From Planctomycetota bacterium (GTDB lineage Bacteria > Planctomycetota > UBA8108 > SXIK01): 64,000 nucleotides of DNA. The notes beneath the pieces are model-generated. The model was not told the DNA's origin and did no database searches. It saw only the letters and a program-made list of their open reading frames with translations. The translations under genes were made by a program, and so were the position numbers. Positions 10,552-19,130 of this stretch are shown piece by piece. The stretch is from assembly GCA_965223845.1 (NCBI GenBank), contig CBDCXR010000004.1, positions 6,176,001-6,240,000 on the forward strand, given 5' to 3'. Position 1 is the stretch's first letter; every line of letters starts with the position of its first letter.

Positions 10552-13500
10552 ATGTACGTTCAAGGCCGAAAGCTCGCAGCTCTGCTATTCATCGGGATAG
10601 TCGCGTCGCCGCTCGCTGCGCAGGAACCCGCCGCGCACTGGTGCTTTGAGGAGCGGGAAGGAGAGACGACATCCGACCGCGTCGCCGGGAACGACGCCTC
10701 GCTCGTCGACTTGAACCCCGTCACGGCCTGGGTGCCCGGCGAAGTCGGCATCGCGGGCATCGAATTCGACGGCGAGGGCGGCTATCTCGAGATCGGTGAT
10801 CCGGCGGCGTTCGACCTCGGAATGGATTTCACCTGGGCCGCGTACATCCGCACGGATCATCCGAACGCCGGGACGATCATCTCGAAGTCCCCCACCGAAG
10901 ACGGCTGGGGCATGGGTTCGTTCGCGCTCTTTGTGCGAGAGGGCGTCCTCACCGTGGACGTGGGATACATCGGCGATCTCGAAGGCGATTTCGTCGCGGA
11001 CGGTGAATGGCACTTCGTCGCGCTGGCGGTCACCCACGATGTCGGGGAAGAGGGCGGCGATCTCGTCGAGCTCTTCGTGGACGGCGTCGCGTCGGCGAGC
11101 TTTGCCGACTGGGACATCGACGAGTTCGGCCCTCCCGGCGAGGGGGAGCCGTTCAAGATCGGCTTTGCGAGTCCGGACTTCCCCGAAGACGGGACGTTTT
11201 TCGAGGGGACGATCGACGACGTTCGCGTGTGGAACGAGGCCCTCGCGCTCGAGGCCATCGAGATCGCGTTCGAAGACGCGGGTGAGGGTTGTACGCTCAA
11301 CCCGCCGAACTGTGAGGACCCCGCCGACACCCACTGCGACGGACTCGCCGTAACCGGCCCCGATGGCGATCTACCGGGAGCGTACACGCTCACGGCGACG
11401 GCGACCGATGACGGCGGCGACGATATCATCTATCACTTCTCCGTCGAGAGCGAAGCCGGAAGGGTGATCGAGGTCACGTCGCTCGAAAACGAGATCGAAG
11501 TGCGTCTTCGCGCGGGGACATGGACGGCGAGCGTGACCGTCGATGACGATCCCTGGTGTGACGACGAAGCGGCGAACAACTCCTGCTCGGAAGGACCGTT
11601 CGAAGTCCTCCCGCTCCCGGCGCAGCTCGTTGCGCACTACTGCATGGAAGAGCGCGAGGGTGACGTCGTCATCGATGCGACCGGCGGAGCGAACGGTCTC
11701 ATCGTCCAGATGGAAGACGGGGCTGTCTTCGAGCACGCGAATCCGGACGGTGCTTGGGTGCCCGGTTGCGTCGGCTTCGCCGGTCTCGACACGGGAAGCG
11801 TCGACGGATTCGTCGCGATCGACGATCCCGAGGGACGCATCGATCTCGCCGAGAGCTTCACGATCGCGACGACGATCCGCACCGACGACGAGTTCGCCGG
11901 GACGATCTTCGCCCAGAGTCCGTCCGAAGAGACGGAGCCGGGCTCGCAGCACTTCTTCATCGCCGAAGGACTCCTTTTCTACGACGTAGGCTTCGTCGGC
12001 GAGATCGTCGGTTCGGTGTTCGTCGCCGACGGCGAATGCCACCACGTCGCGGTCGTGGTCGAGCGCGACTTCGAGGGGGACAACGAACGCGTTCAGTTCT
12101 ACGTCGATGGCGTGCTCGATACGGAATCGACGTTCCTCGATTTCCAGGCGGCCGGCGAAGAAGTCGTCGGTGAGAAGAAGATCGGGATGGGGGCGATGTA
12201 TTTCCCGGATCAACCCCACTATCAGGGGGTGATCGACAACCTGAAGATTTGGAACTACCCGCTCGCGCTCGACGAGATCGAGGCCGACGTCGAGACGGAG
12301 AACGAAGGCTGCGAAGCGGATCCGCCCGAGTGTCCCGCTGAGGGTGACGACGAGGACGGCGATTCCCGGTGCATCGCGATCGAGACGATCGGTCCCGAGG
12401 GCGCGCTCGAGGGAACCTGGGAGTTTTTCGTCGAGGCCGAGGACGCTACTGAAGACGCTCTCTTCTACACTCTCGAACTTCTCCGACGCGGCGCGGACGG
12501 CGAAGATGACGAGGAGCTCTCGCTCACCCAGTTCGACAACCCGGAGTTTTTCCCGCGCCTTAGGCCGGGCGACTGGGAGGTGTCAGCGCGAGTCGACGAC
12601 GACCTCTTCTGCGAGGACACGTCGGAGGAGGCGATCTGCGGCGACACCGAGTTCACGGTGAATCCACTTCCCGAAATCCTCGCCGCTTCGTTCTGCTTCG
12701 AGGACGAGGAGCCCGAATTCACCGAGGACGTCATCAGCGGGATCGGCGCCGACCTCATCGCGTTCCCTGAGGGCGCCGGCGACGGCGAGCCGCCCGCGCG
12801 TGAAGACGGCCTCGACGACGGAAGCGATAGCGCTCTTCTCTTCGACGGCCTCGACGACGCGGTCGTCGTCGATCCGCACCCGGCCTTCGATCTCCGAAAC
12901 AGCTACTCCGTCTCGGCGACGATCCTCGTCGGCGACGACCCGGCGACGGGCGAGCCGGATCCCTACGGCGGATCGATCTGGATGCTCGGCCCCGAGCTCG
13001 GCGAATCGGCGGATGTGCCGGGCGTCCAAGACATCTTCGTCCACGAGGGCTTCGTTCGCTTCACCGTCCTCTTCGTCGGCGAAATGGAACTCAGCGCGGA
13101 GATCCTGCCGGTGAATGACGGTCTCCCGCATCGCGTCCTCCTCACCGTCGACGCGGACTTCGAGGACGTGCTCGATCGCGCGGTTCTCTACATCGACGGC
13201 CAACCGGTCGGCGAGTGGGAGGCTGATTTCCTCGGCGGCGGCCTCTTCTTCGATGAGGACGGCGAGAACGAGACGCACTTTCGAATCGGTTACAGCGCGC
13301 CCGATTGGCCGTCGGCCGATTTCCCGAGCGGCAACGACCGTGACATCAACCACTTCAACGGCTTGATCGACAACGTGAAGGTGTGGTCGTACGCCCTCAG
13401 TGAAGACGACGCTCTCGAGGACGCCGAGGATGCCGGCGCCAACTGCGAAGCGCCCGAGGTGCGGTTCAAGCGTGGCGACAGCAATGCCGACGCGGGTTTC

Positions 13501-13743
13501 AACATCGCCGATGCGCTCTTCACTCTGAATCACCTCTTCTCGGATGACGGCGTGGAGCCGGGCTGCCTGGCGGCTGCGGATGCCAACGTCGATGGCGGCG
13601 TCAACATCGCCGACGCGCTCTACACGCTGAACCATCTCTTCGGCGATGGCCCGGAGCCGCCGCCGCCCTTCGAGGCGTGCGGGCCCGGGACGGCATCCGA
13701 TCTCGAAGTCGGGTGCGCGGTCATTCCGCCGGAGTGTCGCTAG
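10552..13743 (+). CDS. Secreted acidic protein with three LamG-like domains, Cys-linked Ig-like modules and a C-terminal dockerin-like domain
   Basis: Signal peptide; three repeats of (W/C/P)HxV...FxGxID(D/N)(V/L)(R/K)(V/I)W; C-terminal FKRGDSNADAGFNIAD...AADANVDGGVNIAD; GGAGG RBS. Confidence 0.88.
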   Translation: MYVQGRKLAALLFIGIVASPLAAQEPAAHWCFEEREGETTSDRVAGNDASLVDLNPVTAWVPGEVGIAGIEFDGEGGYLEIGDPAAFDLGMDFTWAAYIRTDHPNAGTIISKSPTEDGWGMGSFALFVREGVLTVDVGYIGDLEGDFVADGEWHFVALAVTHDVGEEGGDLVELFVDGVASASFADWDIDEFGPPGEGEPFKIGFASPDFPEDGTFFEGTIDDVRVWNEALALEAIEIAFEDAGEGCTLNPPNCEDPADTHCDGLAVTGPDGDLPGAYTLTATATDDGGDDIIYHFSVESEAGRVIEVTSLENEIEVRLRAGTWTASVTVDDDPWCDDEAANNSCSEGPFEVLPLPAQLVAHYCMEEREGDVVIDATGGANGLIVQMEDGAVFEHANPDGAWVPGCVGFAGLDTGSVDGFVAIDDPEGRIDLAESFTIATTIRTDDEFAGTIFAQSPSEETEPGSQHFFIAEGLLFYDVGFVGEIVGSVFVADGECHHVAVVVERDFEGDNERVQFYVDGVLDTESTFLDFQAAGEEVVGEKKIGMGAMYFPDQPHYQGVIDNLKIWNYPLALDEIEADVETENEGCEADPPECPAEGDDEDGDSRCIAIETIGPEGALEGTWEFFVEAEDATEDALFYTLELLRRGADGEDDEELSLTQFDNPEFFPRLRPGDWEVSARVDDDLFCEDTSEEAICGDTEFTVNPLPEILAASFCFEDEEPEFTEDVISGIGADLIAFPEGAGDGEPPAREDGLDDGSDSALLFDGLDDAVVVDPHPAFDLRNSYSVSATILVGDDPATGEPDPYGGSIWMLGPELGESADVPGVQDIFVHEGFVRFTVLFVGEMELSAEILPVNDGLPHRVLLTVDADFEDVLDRAVLYIDGQPVGEWEADFLGGGLFFDEDGENETHFRIGYSAPDWPSADFPSGNDRDINHFNGLIDNVKVWSYALSEDDALEDAEDAGANCEAPEVRFKRGDSNADAGFNIADALFTLNHLFSDDGVEPGCLAAADANVDGGVNIADALYTLNHLFGDGPEPPPPFEACGPGTASDLEVGCAVIPPECR

Positions 13744-13776
13744 TTCACCCCGGTTCGATCGGGAGTCACGCCGGCG

Positions 13777-16700
13777 ATGCGGACGCGCACGATCGTTCGA
13801 CAGACTGTTTTCTTCGGTTCCGGCGCAGCGGACACGACGATCGCGGCGAGCGGGATCTTCCTTCTCGCCGCGATCGCCGCCGCGGAGCCCGCGCGCGGCG
13901 AGGTCGTCCTCAACGAGCTTCAGGCGAGCAACGATGCGACGATCGAGGACCCGGACGCCCCGGGAGAGTTCGACGACTGGGCGGAGGTGTTCAACTCGAG
14001 CGACGCCGACGTCGACCTCGGTGGACACTACCTAACCGATGATCTCGAGCGTCCGACCCGCTGGCGGATTCCGCCGGGCGTCGTCGTGCCCGCGCGCGGA
14101 TTCCTCGTCTTCTGGCTCGACGACGACGAAGAGCAGGGCGACCTGCACGCTCCGTTCCAGCTAGACGCGGGCGGCGACGCGCTCGCGCTCGTTGCGCCGG
14201 ACGGACAAGCCGTCCTCGACTCGATCGAGTTCGGTGAACAGGCGACGGACTGGTCGTTCGGACGTGCAGCCGACGCGAACGAGCGCTGGCTCGCGATGCC
14301 CGAACCGACCCCGGGCGGACCGAACGGAGTCGGCGCGGGGGACGCCCCGACGTTTTCGGTCTCCTCCCGCACCTTCTTCGACGCGTTCGAGCTCGCGATC
14401 GCGCCCGGAGACGAAGAAGCGACGATCTACTACACGCTCGACGGGTCGGAGCCGAACGAGGAGGAGGGGCGCAAGTACGACGGTCCGATCACGATCGATG
14501 CCACGACTCGCGTGCGTGCGCTCGCCATCGAGCCCGAGCTCGTCCCGAGTCCGGTCGTGAGCGCGGTGTACTTGCACATCGACGAGAGCCTCCGCGACTT
14601 CGAGTCGAATCTTCCGCTCGTCGTCATCGACACACTCGGTACGAACGTCGACGCTCTGGTCGCGCGGCCGCGGCTCTTTCAGCCCGTACTCGCGGCCTTC
14701 ATCCCGACACCGGGCGAGAACGCGCACGCGTCCCTTCTCAGTCCGGCCGAATGGGCCGGGTCCGGCGGACTCCATGTCCGCGGCTCGAGCACGACGCAGT
14801 ACCCGAAAAAGCAGTACGCCTTCGAGACGTGGGACGAGCGACGCGAAGACTCGCCGGTGTCCCTCTTCGGGATGCCTCGCGAGTCGGACTGGGTGCTTCA
14901 GGCGCCCTATTCCGACAAGACGCTGATGCGAAACCACCTCATCTACGGGTGGAGTCGCGCGATCGGTCGCTACGCGCCGCGGACACGCTTTTGCGAGGTG
15001 TTTCTGCGCCGCACGGACGGCGCCGTGAGCGAGAGCGACTACCGCGGCGTCTACGTCCTCATGGAGAAGATCAAGCGGGACGACGACCGAGTCGATATCG
15101 CTCGACTGGATCCCGGCGACGACGCCGAGCCCGAGATCACCGGTGGCTATCTGCTCAAGAAAGATTGGCTGACCGGCGCGTCGTTCTTCACCACCGAGAC
15201 CTACCGCGACAATCTCATCTACGTCGACCCGGATGTCTCCGAGCTCACGGGCGCTCAGCGACGGTGGCTGAAGGATCATTTCGACGAGTTCGAGCACGTA
15301 CTTTCAGGCGAGGACTTCGCCGATCCGGGTGGCGGCTACGCGCAGTACATCGATGTCGATTCGTTCGTCGATCACCACCTTCTCGTCGAGCTCGGACGCA
15401 ACGTCGACGGCTACGTCCTCAGCACGTTCTTCTACAAGCAGCGCGGCGGGAAGGTCTTCATGGGCCCGATCTGGGACTACAACGGCGCGCTCGGCGGCGC
15501 CGATTACTTTTGCTCGTTCGAGACCGCCGGCTGGCACTACGAATTCGACGAAAGCGAATGCGGCGGCGGGGGAGAGACGTTCCCAGCGGACAATCCAAAC
15601 GGCTATCGATGGTACGCACGTTTGTTCGAGGACCCCTCGTTTCGCCGTCGGTACGCCGAGCGCTGGGTGGAGCACCGCGCCGGGGCGTTGAGGACGGAGA
15701 ACCTGCTCCGTGACATCGCGAACGCCGCGAGCGAGCTCACGGACGACGGGGCGCCCGAGAGTCCGGTCGCGCGAAACTTCGACCGCTGGCGCATCCTCGA
15801 CACCTACGTCTGGCCGAACGCGTTTCCCCGCGGAACGTACGAGGAGCACGTCGACTGGATGCGCGAATGGATCGTCGGGCGCGTCGAGTGGATGGACACT
15901 CAGCTCACGATTCCACCCACGGCCGAACCGGCCCCCGGCGACGTCGAGCCCGGGACGGAGGTCTCTCTCTCCGCGCCGTCGGGCGAGATCTTCTACACGA
16001 TCAACGGACCGGATCCTCTCGGACCGAACGGAGCGCCCGCACCCGAAGCGCGGAGGTTCGCCGGTCCGATTCGCGTCGACGCGAACACCCGGATCCTCGC
16101 GCGGGCGCGGCTCGGCGATGCGCTCTGGACCGGGCTGCTCGAGGCGATCTACCTCACGTCGCGTCCGCGTCTCGCCGTCACCGAGCTCATGTACAACCCA
16201 GGCGAGCCTCCGGAGGGGAGCCCCTTCACGCGGCGGAACTTCGACTTCCTCGAGATTCAAAACGTCGGTGACACCGCGGTCGACCTCGCGGGCTTCGCCT
16301 TCGTCGAACGGCTCCGCTACGAGTTCTCGTCGGGCGCGATCACTACTCTCGCCCCGGGCGAGTTCGCGTTGCTCGTTCAGAGCGCCGACGCCTTCGCCTC
16401 GCTCTACGGCGACGATGCTCCCGTCGCGGGCGAGTACGAAGGCATCCTCTCGAATACCGCGCAGGAGCTTCTCCTTCTCGGCTCCGTGGGTGAGACCGTA
16501 GTTCGCTTCGAGTATCGCGACTGGTACGAGTCGACGGACGGCGGCGGCCATTCGCTCGTTCTCGTCGACCCTCGATCCCCTACCGATTCGTGGAGCCGCG
16601 AGGATGCGTGGCGTCCGAGCCAAGACCCCGGCGGATCGCCCGGCGGTGAAGACGGAAGCGCGAACCCATCGCAGCGACGCGTGGGAGACCTCGACGGCGA

Positions 16701-16944
16701 CGCCAGACTCACGATCGCCGACGCGATCTTTCTCCTCGAGTATCTCTTCGAGGGAGATCGCGACCTTCCGTGCAACTCGCCCGCGGGGAATCGGCTCCTC
16801 GCGGATGTGAACGGAGACGAGAGGACGAACGTCTCCGATGCGATTTACGCGCTCTTTTTTCTCTTCGCCGAGGGCGATCCGCCCGCGCGCGGGACGGAGT
16901 GCCTCGAGATCGCGAGCTGCCCCGCCGCGTGCGGCGAGGGGTGA
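13777..16944 (+). CDS. CotH kinase family protein with lamin-tail domains, FN3/chitobiase-like modules and dockerin-like C-terminus
   Basis: VVLNELQASN...DWAEVFN (LTD), IYYTLDGSEP, HVRGSST, YSDKTLMRN, GVYVLMEKIK, MGPIWDYN, second LTD (VTELMYNP), GDLDGD/ADVNGD. Confidence 0.9.
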   Translation: MRTRTIVRQTVFFGSGAADTTIAASGIFLLAAIAAAEPARGEVVLNELQASNDATIEDPDAPGEFDDWAEVFNSSDADVDLGGHYLTDDLERPTRWRIPPGVVVPARGFLVFWLDDDEEQGDLHAPFQLDAGGDALALVAPDGQAVLDSIEFGEQATDWSFGRAADANERWLAMPEPTPGGPNGVGAGDAPTFSVSSRTFFDAFELAIAPGDEEATIYYTLDGSEPNEEEGRKYDGPITIDATTRVRALAIEPELVPSPVVSAVYLHIDESLRDFESNLPLVVIDTLGTNVDALVARPRLFQPVLAAFIPTPGENAHASLLSPAEWAGSGGLHVRGSSTTQYPKKQYAFETWDERREDSPVSLFGMPRESDWVLQAPYSDKTLMRNHLIYGWSRAIGRYAPRTRFCEVFLRRTDGAVSESDYRGVYVLMEKIKRDDDRVDIARLDPGDDAEPEITGGYLLKKDWLTGASFFTTETYRDNLIYVDPDVSELTGAQRRWLKDHFDEFEHVLSGEDFADPGGGYAQYIDVDSFVDHHLLVELGRNVDGYVLSTFFYKQRGGKVFMGPIWDYNGALGGADYFCSFETAGWHYEFDESECGGGGETFPADNPNGYRWYARLFEDPSFRRRYAERWVEHRAGALRTENLLRDIANAASELTDDGAPESPVARNFDRWRILDTYVWPNAFPRGTYEEHVDWMREWIVGRVEWMDTQLTIPPTAEPAPGDVEPGTEVSLSAPSGEIFYTINGPDPLGPNGAPAPEARRFAGPIRVDANTRILARARLGDALWTGLLEAIYLTSRPRLAVTELMYNPGEPPEGSPFTRRNFDFLEIQNVGDTAVDLAGFAFVERLRYEFSSGAITTLAPGEFALLVQSADAFASLYGDDAPVAGEYEGILSNTAQELLLLGSVGETVVRFEYRDWYESTDGGGHSLVLVDPRSPTDSWSREDAWRPSQDPGGSPGGEDGSANPSQRRVGDLDGDARLTIADAIFLLEYLFEGDRDLPCNSPAGNRLLADVNGDERTNVSDAIYALFFLFAEGDPPARGTECLEIASCPAACGEG

Positions 16945-16986
16945 TCGAGCGGAACGGCGAGAGTGCGGGTTCGACCGCCCGGAACT

Positions 16987-17490
16987 CTACGAGAAAATGT
17001 TCGGCGCCGCCTGCTCGGGGATGTGCTCGCCGTACTCGATCTTGCCCGTCACGTCAGTTCGGTACGGGATGTAGATCGTCAGGCTCGCGCCGGCGACGTG
17101 CTCGAGATTTACCCGAATCGCTTCGACGGGATCCGGTCGATCTTCGAAGTGGATCACCACGTCGCAGAAGATCGCGACGGCGAGGTAGCGTCCTCTCTCG
17201 GCACCGCGACGGAACCGTGCGGTCAACAGATCGACACTCTCTTCGGCGGACGAATCCGCGGACTCGTCGTCGAACACGAGCGAGTAGTCGACGTCGGCGT
17301 CGGCGTCGGCGAACTCGCCGCGATCATCCGCAGCGCCGCCGTCGCTCTCCGTCTCGACACTCACGTGCTCGAGCTCGGAGTCCGTCGTGATCGTCCCCCC
17401 GAACGGGGCGAATCCACCCGCGACCGAGAGACTCCGCTCGGCGAACGGGATCAGCTCGTTCACAAGTCGCTGAAGGTCGCTCTCTACCAC
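16987..17490 (-). CDS. Hypothetical protein
   Basis: Coding-like acidic ORF (LIPFAERSL...FAPFGG...AIRVNLEH...YIPY). The track's longer N-terminus reads through the repeat region and is probably spurious; GTG start chosen. Confidence 0.7.
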   Translation of the reverse strand: MVESDLQRLVNELIPFAERSLSVAGGFAPFGGTITTDSELEHVSVETESDGGAADDRGEFADADADVDYSLVFDDESADSSAEESVDLLTARFRRGAERGRYLAVAIFCDVVIHFEDRPDPVEAIRVNLEHVAGASLTIYIPYRTDVTGKIEYGEHIPEQAAPNIFS

Positions 17491-17691
17491 GGGGTCGCCT
17501 TTCGGTGGACGGATCGGATTCCCCCCGGAAGCGTCGCTACCTCGGTTCGTCCTCGATGATAGGGCTCGGCGGCCCGCTGAGAATCCGCCGCGTCGATGGA
17601 TCCGCAAAATCGGGCGGCGGGACCCGGGCTTCCCCCGAACCGCGCTCGCCGAGCGCGCACCCGCGGCAAACGAGACGGCGGCAAAAAAAAG

Positions 17692-18096
17692 AACGCCCAG
17701 ATCTCTCGGCTGAGAAAACTGGGCGTTCAAAAGCTGCCCTCGGCACAAGGTCGCGAGCGCACCCTTTTTCGAAATGGCCGTTAGTGGCTTCTCTGTCAGG
17801 ACTTACGGGTCCGCTCGTCGTGGTGGCGGCGGGAAACGAAAAACGCCCAGTTCTCTCGGTTGAGAAAACTGGGCGTTCAAAGGCTGCCCTCGGCACAAGG
17901 TCGCGCGAGCGGCTTTTCTCAAGATAAGCTCTAAGTTGTTTTTTTGTATATAGATGTGGGATCGAGGCGCCTCGCTTCGACTGGAGGACTCGCCGGAGCC
18001 CGGCGGCTGGAAACGAGAGATTTGGGGTCCCACGAAAAACGCCCGGTTCTCTCGGTTGAGAAAACTGGGCGTTCAAAAGCTGCCTTCGGTACAAGG
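17692..18096. repeat. Three direct copies of a ~59-bp hairpin-forming repeat (17692-17750, 17842-17900, 18038-18096)
   Basis: Consensus AACGCCCAGTTCTCTCGGTTGAGAAAACTGGGCGTTCAAAAGCTGCCCTCGGCACAAGG; the first 36 nt are an imperfect inverted repeat around a 4-nt loop. Confidence 0.93.
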
Positions 18097-18265
18097 CGAT
18101 CCCCGGGGCGAACCCGAAAAATTCTTAAATGACTTGGACATAGAGGGTTACGTCCCGATCCGCCCAGCGTGGTAAGGGGTTTGAGGCGCTCGTTCGGGAT
18201 TCGGAGTACCATCGGGCCGGCCGTCCGAGGGGCGGACAGTCGATCTTGCCGAGGGTCAGAGGCGT

Positions 18266-18625
18266 ATGACGAGACTCCACACGCTTTTCGTGATGATCGC
18301 CGGCGCCGGCGCGCTCGTCGGCTGCGCCGAGTACGACGTCCCGGCGCGTGAGCCGCTCACGCTCGAGCGCATCATCGAGATGTCCGGCGCCGAGACCCCC
18401 GTTGAGGACATCGTGCGCGAGGTCGAGAGCTCGCGCACGATCTACCGCCTCTACACCGCGGACGTTCTCAAGCTCCACGAGGCCGGCGTCGACCATCGTG
18501 TGATCGATACACTCCTCGAGACGCACTACGGTCTCGTCCGCCGAGGCTACTGGCGGCCGTACTACTACGATCCGTACTGGCACGCCTGGCCGCATTACAC
18601 GTACTGGTATCACCACGGCTGGTGA
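18266..18625 (+). CDS. Small hypothetical lipoprotein with Tyr/Trp/His-rich tail
   Basis: Lipobox LVGC; LHEAGVDHRVID; aromatic C-terminus. Confidence 0.78.
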   Translation: MTRLHTLFVMIAGAGALVGCAEYDVPAREPLTLERIIEMSGAETPVEDIVREVESSRTIYRLYTADVLKLHEAGVDHRVIDTLLETHYGLVRRGYWRPYYYDPYWHAWPHYTYWYHHGW

Positions 18626-18656
18626 GCGCGCGGAGCTCGGGGGGCCGATCCCGCTC

Positions 18657-19130
18657 TCACCCGAGCAACCACTCCGCCGCTCGACCCGGATCGGCGGAGA
18701 GGAGCAGCCCGGCGATCGTCCACGTGGCGAGCGGAACGACGATCGGCGCTAGAAACCGCTGGAGTGGGACGGGCCGGAGCGCCCACTGCTGGAGCACATC
18801 GCCGACGCTGACCGCGATTTGCACGATGAGGAGCGGGGCCATCATCACGCTGCCGCTCACGAACACGGCGTACGCGACGCCGAGGGCCCAGTGAATCTCG
18901 CGGGGAAGGTCGATCGAAGGCTGCGGCGCTCGGCCGAGGGCGACCCACGCGACCGCCCACGCGCCGTAGAGCACCACGATCAAGGCGATGGGAAAGAGCG
19001 CGAGCGCGTACGTGTAGCGCGCACGCCGCGCGGTCATTCTCTCGAGCCACAAACGGCCGAGCTCCGAGGGTTCGTGACCGCGGGCGCGGGTCCGGTCATC
19101 GAGATGACGGTCGCGAGCGTCGCGGTTCAT
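18657..19130 (-). CDS. Hypothetical membrane protein
   Basis: Three hydrophobic segments; ATGA overlap with the stop of the upstream ATPase. Confidence 0.7.
   Translation of the reverse strand: MNRDARDRHLDDRTRARGHEPSELGRLWLERMTARRARYTYALALFPIALIVVLYGAWAVAWVALGRAPQPSIDLPREIHWALGVAYAVFVSGSVMMAPLLIVQIAVSVGDVLQQWALRPVPLQRFLAPIVVPLATWTIAGLLLSADPGRAAEWLLG

Noticed and set aside
17692-18096. CRISPR array
   Set aside because: Units are about 59 bp with unequal spacers of roughly 90 and 140 bp, there are only three copies, and no cas genes are in the window.
17505-18212. Short ORFs with repeated peptides (e.g. AAFERPVFS, QLLNAQFSQPR)
   Set aside because: They are translations of the DNA repeats in several frames, and the conservation fits a nucleic-acid hairpin rather than a protein.
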